From: Nitrosopumilus sp.
GTDB taxonomy: Bacteria > Desulfobacterota > Binatia > UBA1149 > SPBQ01
Reading direction: 5' to 3'
Assembly (NCBI GenBank): GCA_964225545.1
Contig: CAXQPB010000037.1
Span: 1,989-65,988, forward strand
DNA: 64,000 nucleotides
Part shown: positions 58,325 to 64,000 of the stretch, in pieces
Layout of the letters: each line of letters opens with the position of its first letter
Position numbering within the stretch: position 1 is the stretch's first letter
The notes under the pieces: generated by a model
What the model saw: only the letters and a program-made list of their open reading frames with translations
Told to the model about the DNA's origin: nothing
Databases searched by the model: none
Made by a program: the position numbers and the translations under genes

Positions 58325-58449
58325 TCCGTAGTCCTGCTGCGAAAACAGCGCAGTCACAGATCGGCGCGCGGCCGTTCCGTTGAGATTCCCGATCGAAGTT
58401 CGTCGCTCCGATTCTTCAGCTGCATTTCCCGAACAGCCAGACCACTTTC

Positions 58450-58457
58450 GGGGGGGG
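58450..58457. repeat. Homopolymeric G8 tract about 125 nt upstream of the giant secreted protein's start codon.
   Basis: Seen directly (tttcGGGGGGGGcgac). Confidence 0.9.
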
Positions 58458-58779
58458 CGACATGCACCACCCGGACGGGGAGTATGACGCCGGCCGCTAC
58501 CACCCGACTGCGCGAGTCCCCTTGCAGCACCGGCGGAGGACTCCAGCGGTCTTATTTTCAGGCACTTATCCAGCCTGCTCACCGGGGCGAGCGGTCGCAT
58601 GCATTGCTTCGCCCCGTGTTGATGATCGTGAGCGAGAGCGATCCGCGCGTTCGTCGCTTCCCTGAGGATTCCGACGAGACTTCAAAACCTCCGCTATGTA
58701 CTGCTTGATCCCTGATCGGGGGGGCGGTTGAAGAGCTAAGCTGTCCGGGATTCGAATTCTCGCGCCGGCCCTCGCGGCC

Positions 58780-59142
58780 GTGTGGATGCTCCGACCGTTC
58801 ACCCCCTTGCTCACCTGCGCGTCGATCGCAATTTCGGATACGCCGGAGGTCGCGGCAGCCATGCCGTGCCACGGATCGGCGCCGCAAGCCGCCGCTTCTT
58901 CCGGTGCTCCGGCAGACCGCAAATGCTGTGAGCGCACCGACGGAACCTGCTGCCTGGACGCGGCAGCGCTCGATACGACGCTCGACGCTCCGAACCACCC
59001 GGAACAACTCGCTTCGACACTGATCGTGTTGCGCGCCGATGGGGAAGCGGGGCGGCACCAGGAAGGCTGTCCCCCCAGGATCTTACCGGGCCCGAATCTC
59101 GGGCCACCTCCGATTTCGACCGTCTCGATACTCAGGCTCTGA
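58780..59142 (+). CDS. Small Cys-rich secreted protein (120 aa), paralog of 40725..41129 (shared CHGSA..AAAS motif and a C-terminal ...GPPPIS).
   Basis: Hydrophobic N-terminus and motifs PCHGSAPQAAASS, KCCERTDGTCC and ...LPGPNLGPPPIS. Sits 31 nt upstream of the CusA remnant. Confidence 0.4.
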   Translation: MWMLRPFTPLLTCASIAISDTPEVAAAMPCHGSAPQAAASSGAPADRKCCERTDGTCCLDAAALDTTLDAPNHPEQLASTLIVLRADGEAGRHQEGCPPRILPGPNLGPPPISTVSILRL

Positions 59143-59172
59143 TTCCCGGGCCTCACTCGCTCATCCTGGCGG

Positions 59173-60246
59173 ATGACCACAGCCTGCGCGTGCGAATGCG
59201 GGATGCGTATCGTTGCGCGTTCCCTGCTCGACGTGGCCTTCGCGGAATTCCGTATTGCGAAATCCATGACGCGGCTGGTTTTCAAACACGCCGCAGGCAG
59301 TGGAACCATGTATCGATCTATCACTACAGGAGTCAAGACGCCGCTCGGCATCAAGATCATGGGACCAGACCTCGACAGACTCGGGGAACTGGCCGAGGAG
59401 ATCGCGGGGCGGGTTCGCACGCTGGACGGAACACTGTCGGCGTACCCGGAGAAGACCGTGGGCGGTAATTACTTCGATTTCGAGATCGACCGCCGCGCTC
59501 GAGAACACGCGCGTCGCACCGCATGGGTTTACGCCGACCTTGCCGGAGTGGACATCGGCACTTATGTCGAACGCGCGCGGCGTCTCATCGGTGAGCGGAT
59601 CGCGTTGCCGCCCGGCTACAGCCTGATCTGGTCGGGACAGTACGAATACATGCAGGCGGCAAGTGCGCGACTGCGGGTTCTCATCCCGGTGACCATTCTG
59701 GCGATCTTCATTCTGCTTCGGCTGCACTTCGGCAATCTCGTCGAATCTTCCCCCGCCATGCTGACACTCCCGTTCGCCCTGGTCGGAGGGATATGGCTGC
59801 TCTGGTTGCTGGACCTGATCGCGCGGTCGAGCGCCGGCGGATCCTACAATCTTTCGGTTGCGGTCTACGCAGGCTTGATCGCGCTTGCCGGACTGGCAGC
59901 TGAAACCGGCATCGTGATGCTTGTCTACATCGACGGCGCCTACCAGCGCATGTGCGGCGAGGGGCTCCTGAACAGAACGGCTGATGTGAGACGGGCCGTC
60001 ATGGATGGCGCGGTCCAGCGCGTCCGACCGAAGGTGATGACCGTAGCGACGACGGCACTCGCGCTCCGGCCGATCATGTGGACCACGAGCACCGGTGCGG
60101 AAACCATGAAGCGAATCGCAGCGCCGACGATCGGCGGACTTATCAGTACCACGATTTTGACCCTGGTCATTGTGCCGGTCGTGTACGAAATCTATCTCGA
60201 GCGTCGCTTCTCGCGTGAACGCGAGGCGGACCGGACGCCTACCTGA
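59173..60246 (+). pseudogene. Remnant or fragment of a heavy-metal-efflux RND permease (CusA/CzcA family). It encodes only the C-terminal third (approximately TM8-TM12).
   Basis: The 357 aa ORF matches the C-terminal region of HME-RND pumps (…GVKTPLGIKIMGPDLDRL…ALRPIMWTTSTGAETMKRIAAPTIGGLISTTILTLVIVPVVY…). A full-length CusA is about 1040 aa, and no N-terminal two-thirds lies upstream. Confidence 0.55.
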
Positions 60247-61438
60247 TGTCGAATGAGATGCCGGCGCTGACGACAGCCTTGACGAAGATGTTCGGCTCGT
60301 AGACCGGCGCACCGATCACGCGGAGGTTGCGAATGCGCGGGACCAGCTCCTCGAGCAGTGTCCGCAGTGTCATCCGTGCGAAACTGGCGCCGAGACAGAA
60401 ATGCGTTCCGAGCCCGAAGGCGATGTGTGGATTCGGATCTCGAGTGACGTCGAACCGATAGGAATCATCAAAGACGTCTTCGTCCCGATTGGCCGACGGG
60501 TACAGTAAGGCGATTCTGTCCCCGGCCTGCAGGCGGGTTCCACCCAGCTCGGTATTCGTAGTCACGCGGCGGAACATATTGTTGAGCGGCGTCACCCAGC
60601 GCAGCATCTCTTCAACCGCACTCTCGATCAGCTCCGGTCGCTTCGCCAGCAGATCCCACTGATCATTATGATCGCAGAAGGTGAGCAGCCCTCGCGCGAT
60701 CGTCGTGCGTGTGGTCTCGGCACCGCCGGAGACCATCAGCCCGGTCTCGTCGATCATGTGCTCCATGCTCATGCGATCCGATGCTGCCCATGCAGAAATG
60801 ATGTCATCGGCGGGGCATCGCCGACGTTCCGGAACACGAACCGCGAGCTCGCGGGCATACTCCTCAACGGCGGCGATTCCGTCTGCAAGCAGGTCCGGCC
60901 GCCTGTCAAAGACATCGAGCCGCATGAGCCGCTCTGACCAGCTTTTGACGGCGCGCCATTGGGATTCATCAAATCCCATCATCGTGGCTGTCAGTCTGGC
61001 GGGCAGCTGCGCGGCGAGCTCATCGACAACTTCGAACGCCCCTCGCTCGACAAAGCCCTCGATCAGGCTCCGCACGGTCGCGCGGACGTCATCAACGTTC
61101 GACTCCACTCGGCGCGGCGTGAAACGTTTGGAGATGAGCTGACGCTGCTCGAGGTGCTCCGGGTCATCCTGACTGATCATCGTCTTCTCGTCCGGATTGA
61201 CCAGCACACGAAAGACACCTTTGCTCGAGAACAGATCGTCCCGGCGTTCTGCTTCACGCAGGTCGGCCATCCGCGTGATACCCCACATCGCGTTCTTCTC
61301 GTCGCGGTAAACCGGCTCATGTCGCCGCATCCAGTCGAATGCGGGGTGAATATCGCCGACGTAGAAAAAGGGATCGAGGAGATCGACGGGCAGCCGAGAC
61401 ACTTTCATTTTGTTGCCTGCTCCCGTCGCACGATTCAC
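60239..61438 (-). CDS. Cytochrome P450 (second copy).
   Basis: Heme loop FGLGTHFCLGASFAR. Start ATG 61436-61438 overlaps the rmuC stop (ATGA coupling). Confidence 0.85.
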   Translation of the reverse strand: MNRATGAGNKMKVSRLPVDLLDPFFYVGDIHPAFDWMRRHEPVYRDEKNAMWGITRMADLREAERRDDLFSSKGVFRVLVNPDEKTMISQDDPEHLEQRQLISKRFTPRRVESNVDDVRATVRSLIEGFVERGAFEVVDELAAQLPARLTATMMGFDESQWRAVKSWSERLMRLDVFDRRPDLLADGIAAVEEYARELAVRVPERRRCPADDIISAWAASDRMSMEHMIDETGLMVSGGAETTRTTIARGLLTFCDHNDQWDLLAKRPELIESAVEEMLRWVTPLNNMFRRVTTNTELGGTRLQAGDRIALLYPSANRDEDVFDDSYRFDVTRDPNPHIAFGLGTHFCLGASFARMTLRTLLEELVPRIRNLRVIGAPVYEPNIFVKAVVSAGISFDIR

Positions 61439-62898
61439 TCGGGATCTTCGAGGAGCTCCGCTTCGGCATCGAGCCGGGTCGGATCGTTCTCGAGCGCCAG
61501 TTCAACACGCTCGATCCGCTCGAATCGTGTACTGATCTTGCGCGCCGAGATGTTGACCTGATCGACATCGTCGTGAGCCTGCCGAATACGGGTCGACAGT
61601 TTGTCCATTCGCTGCTGGAAGCGGCCGAAGTCTTCCGAGAGGCTGTGCAGGTGGTCCTGGATGATGTGAACCTGCTTGCGCGTCGCCTCGTCTTTCAGGA
61701 CGGCTCGTGCGGTCGTCAGCACTGCCATCAGAGTGGTCGGCGAAACCAGCCACACGCGCGCGCGCTGGGCTTCCTCGACAAGTTCGGGGAAGTGGGCGTG
61801 AATCTCGGCGAAGATCGACTCTGCCGGCAGGAACATCACGGCCCCCTCCGAAGTCTCACCCGGGATCAGATACTTCTCGGAGATATCCCGGATGTGCTTC
61901 TTGATGTCTTGAACGAACTGACGCCCAGCCTGTCTTCGCTCGGACTCGGCGAGCTCGGGATCGACCAGGCGCTTGTAGCTCTCCAGCGGAAACTTGGCAT
62001 CGATCGCGACATTTCCGCTGGGGTCGGGCAAGGTCAGGAGACAGTCGACCCGCGTTCCGTTGCTCAGTGTCTTCTGCAACTCGAAGCTCCCCTCCGGCAT
62101 GACGTTACGAACAAGACCCGCCAGCTGGACCTCCCCGAAGGCACCGCGTGATCGCTTGTCGGTAAGAACCTCCTGAAGACTGACCACGTTACTCGAAAGC
62201 TCGGTGATCTTTTTCTGGGCCTCGTCGATTCGCGTCAGATGCTGAAGCACCTGCGAGAACGTCTCGGTTGTCTTCTCGAATCCCTTCGCGAGTCTCTGCT
62301 CGACCTGCCCGCTGATCTCCTTGAGCCTTTTGTCCGTGGTCTCGGCGAGGCCCTCGACACGCTTGCTCAACTGCTCCGCAGACCGGCCCAGTGCCTCACC
62401 CACCTGCCGGCTGACCTCGCTCATTCCCTTGGTCAGGGCTTCCTGCTGGGCCTTGAGAGCGTCGCCCTGCCGCTGCTCGAATGACTGGCGGTGGTTTGCG
62501 AGACCCGTCTCGAGGGACTGCTTGAGTTCGGCCAGCGACCGTTGCTGAACCAGCTTCCCGTCCGAGAGTTGGTCGTATGTCGACTTGCTCAGCTGTTCGA
62601 ACCTTTCCATCAGATCGGTTCGCAGCTTGCCCCCATCTTCAAGCATCGCCCGCTGAACACCGTGGACTTCGTTCTGGAGCGTACTCTGGCTTCGCGCCAC
62701 CGCTTCGAGCAGATCCCTGCGCGACTGGTCGATCTGCGCAGCCTGCTTCTCGTAAAGCCGCTCGAGGTCCCCCTGACCACCGAGCGCGGCGGAGCCGCCT
62801 CCGCGCCGAAGCGCGATCAGCAGAACCCCCGCGACCAGCAGGAGATTAGCGAGCAGCAGCCAGGGGGTGAGTTCGTCGAGTGACATCTGTCCGTACAA
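61435..62898 (-). CDS. rmuC: DNA recombination protein RmuC.
   Basis: N-terminal TM helix, long coiled-coil and the C-terminal RmuC nuclease-like domain (…VDCLLTLPDPSGNVAIDAKFPLESY…). Confidence 0.85.
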   Translation of the reverse strand: MYGQMSLDELTPWLLLANLLLVAGVLLIALRRGGGSAALGGQGDLERLYEKQAAQIDQSRRDLLEAVARSQSTLQNEVHGVQRAMLEDGGKLRTDLMERFEQLSKSTYDQLSDGKLVQQRSLAELKQSLETGLANHRQSFEQRQGDALKAQQEALTKGMSEVSRQVGEALGRSAEQLSKRVEGLAETTDKRLKEISGQVEQRLAKGFEKTTETFSQVLQHLTRIDEAQKKITELSSNVVSLQEVLTDKRSRGAFGEVQLAGLVRNVMPEGSFELQKTLSNGTRVDCLLTLPDPSGNVAIDAKFPLESYKRLVDPELAESERRQAGRQFVQDIKKHIRDISEKYLIPGETSEGAVMFLPAESIFAEIHAHFPELVEEAQRARVWLVSPTTLMAVLTTARAVLKDEATRKQVHIIQDHLHSLSEDFGRFQQRMDKLSTRIRQAHDDVDQVNISARKISTRFERIERVELALENDPTRLDAEAELLEDPE

Positions 62899-63035
62899 CG
62901 GATCGAGCTGCTCTCGGCGGCTCCGTGCTACACGGCGACGCTACCAAACGCAGTGGTTCCGTTGGACGGATAGTAGGTGCGCGGCTGACTTCTCGCCAGC
63001 GCAGGCTCGCTTCGCGCCGGCGCTCGTCCAGTCAA

Positions 63036-64000
63036 CTATTTGCAGTAGAGTTTCGTGTCGATCTCTGCACCGCAGATGCCGGTCGTGACACCTACCCGGT
63101 CGATGTCCCCGGTCGAGATCTTCACCTCGAGGGGCCCGACCAGAGGACCGCTGAATGAAAGTTCCTTCAGCTTAACCTTGAACGGGACAGGGGCGTCCGC
63201 GTGTTTCTTGTTGATTCTGAACTTCGCGGTGACGTTCCGGTCCGAGGATCTGCACTGGATCTTGACGGAGCGAGAGTTCTCGAGCTGAACGCAATCCGAA
63301 ACGCCAACCGCTCCGCTCACGTCCATCGCCGCGGCATCCGTGAACTTGATCACGAAACCGTTCGACGCATCCAACGGTGAGATCGTCTCCCCTGTCGCAA
63401 CGGCCTTGCCGAGCGCCTTGCTCGTCTCGGCGAATGCGGACGCCTTGTTCACCGTAAGCGGTGCATCTACATAGTCACAGATGTCGGAGATTCCGTCGTT
63501 GTCGAAATCCTCGCCCAGAAGATTCCCGTCCGGACAGAACCCGAAATCGTAGGTCGTGGAGGCGCCATCAATACCGATGGTGAAGGCGTCCATGTTGCCC
63601 GTAAAATCAGGCCACGGTCCGCCTGCCTTGAAGAATAAGGCCCCAAGCGTCGAATGAACGGCGGCGTCAGGATAGCTCGCGAGGATCGTCGCGAGATTGC
63701 AGGGATCGTTCTGCCCGCAGATACGTCCCTCGTTGACTCCACCGACAATCGCGTCGCCGGTCATCCACCAGCGAGACTCGGTCGCCAGCAGGTCCCAGGA
63801 GTACCACACGTCGCTCTCGATCGTCCCTGAACCGGCGGTAAAGTAAGGCTCGTAGACCAGCCGCCCCTGCCAGGCGGTGCTCGCGTCGGTACTGTCGTAG
63901 TCGACGTTGATCTGCATCGCGACGGCCAGCTGGTTTCCGGCATCGAAAGAGGTTCGCACTGAGTCGTACGACAACTCAGTCAAGCTATCGAAGCGCACAC
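63036..64000 (-). CDS. Partial CDS (N-terminus beyond the window end) for a secreted protein with a dockerin-like/Ca-binding motif (GEDFDNDGISDICDYVD).
   Basis: The ORF is open to the window edge. A D-x-D-x-DG motif is present. Confidence 0.45.
   Translation of the reverse strand, partial: VRFDSLTELSYDSVRTSFDAGNQLAVAMQINVDYDSTDASTAWQGRLVYEPYFTAGSGTIESDVWYSWDLLATESRWWMTGDAIVGGVNEGRICGQNDPCNLATILASYPDAAVHSTLGALFFKAGGPWPDFTGNMDAFTIGIDGASTTYDFGFCPDGNLLGEDFDNDGISDICDYVDAPLTVNKASAFAETSKALGKAVATGETISPLDASNGFVIKFTDAAAMDVSGAVGVSDCVQLENSRSVKIQCRSSDRNVTAKFRINKKHADAPVPFKVKLKELSFSGPLVGPLEVKISTGDIDRVGVTTGICGAEIDTKLYCK

Overview
The window is a 64 kb, high-GC (about 65-70%), gene-dense bacterial chromosomal segment with roughly 50 protein-coding genes on both strands. 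I found no rRNA, tRNA, CRISPR array, IS element or prophage. Gene content is mostly redox and metabolic: two cytochrome P450s, two paralogous molybdopterin oxidoreductases, two DapB-like NAD(P) proteins, an F420-type LLM oxidoreductase with a Ddn-like F420 nitroreductase, acyl-CoA carboxylase alpha/beta, an acyl-CoA synthetase, Zn- and Fe-alcohol dehydrogenases, purC, msrA, RapA, RmuC, a CDF transporter, and TetR, MarR and XRE-cupin regulators. There are two small RRM-type RNA-binding proteins. There are also several large secreted proteins with repeats: a beta-propeller fused to a di-heme cytochrome c, a DUF1111 di-heme protein, a Kelch protein with tandem Cys-rich repeats, and dockerin-like proteins. 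That mix suggests a Myxococcota/Binatota-like deltaproteobacterial lineage, though this is only an inference. The most notable item is a thioredoxin-fold gene with an in-frame UGA exactly at the redox-active Cys position, followed by a SECIS-like hairpin whose GGUCU loop resembles the E. coli fdhF SECIS. This is a candidate selenoprotein, and no sel genes lie in the window. Other items worth a second look: a 1.6 kb AT-rich ORF-free island with TTCGTT-type repeats and palindromes; poly-G tracts in the promoter regions of two Cys-rich secreted-protein genes; a paralogous pair of small Cys/His-rich secreted proteins ending in ...PPPIS, one directly upstream of a CusA C-terminal remnant. The many long Arg/Pro-rich antisense ORFs in the six-frame track are high-GC artefacts.
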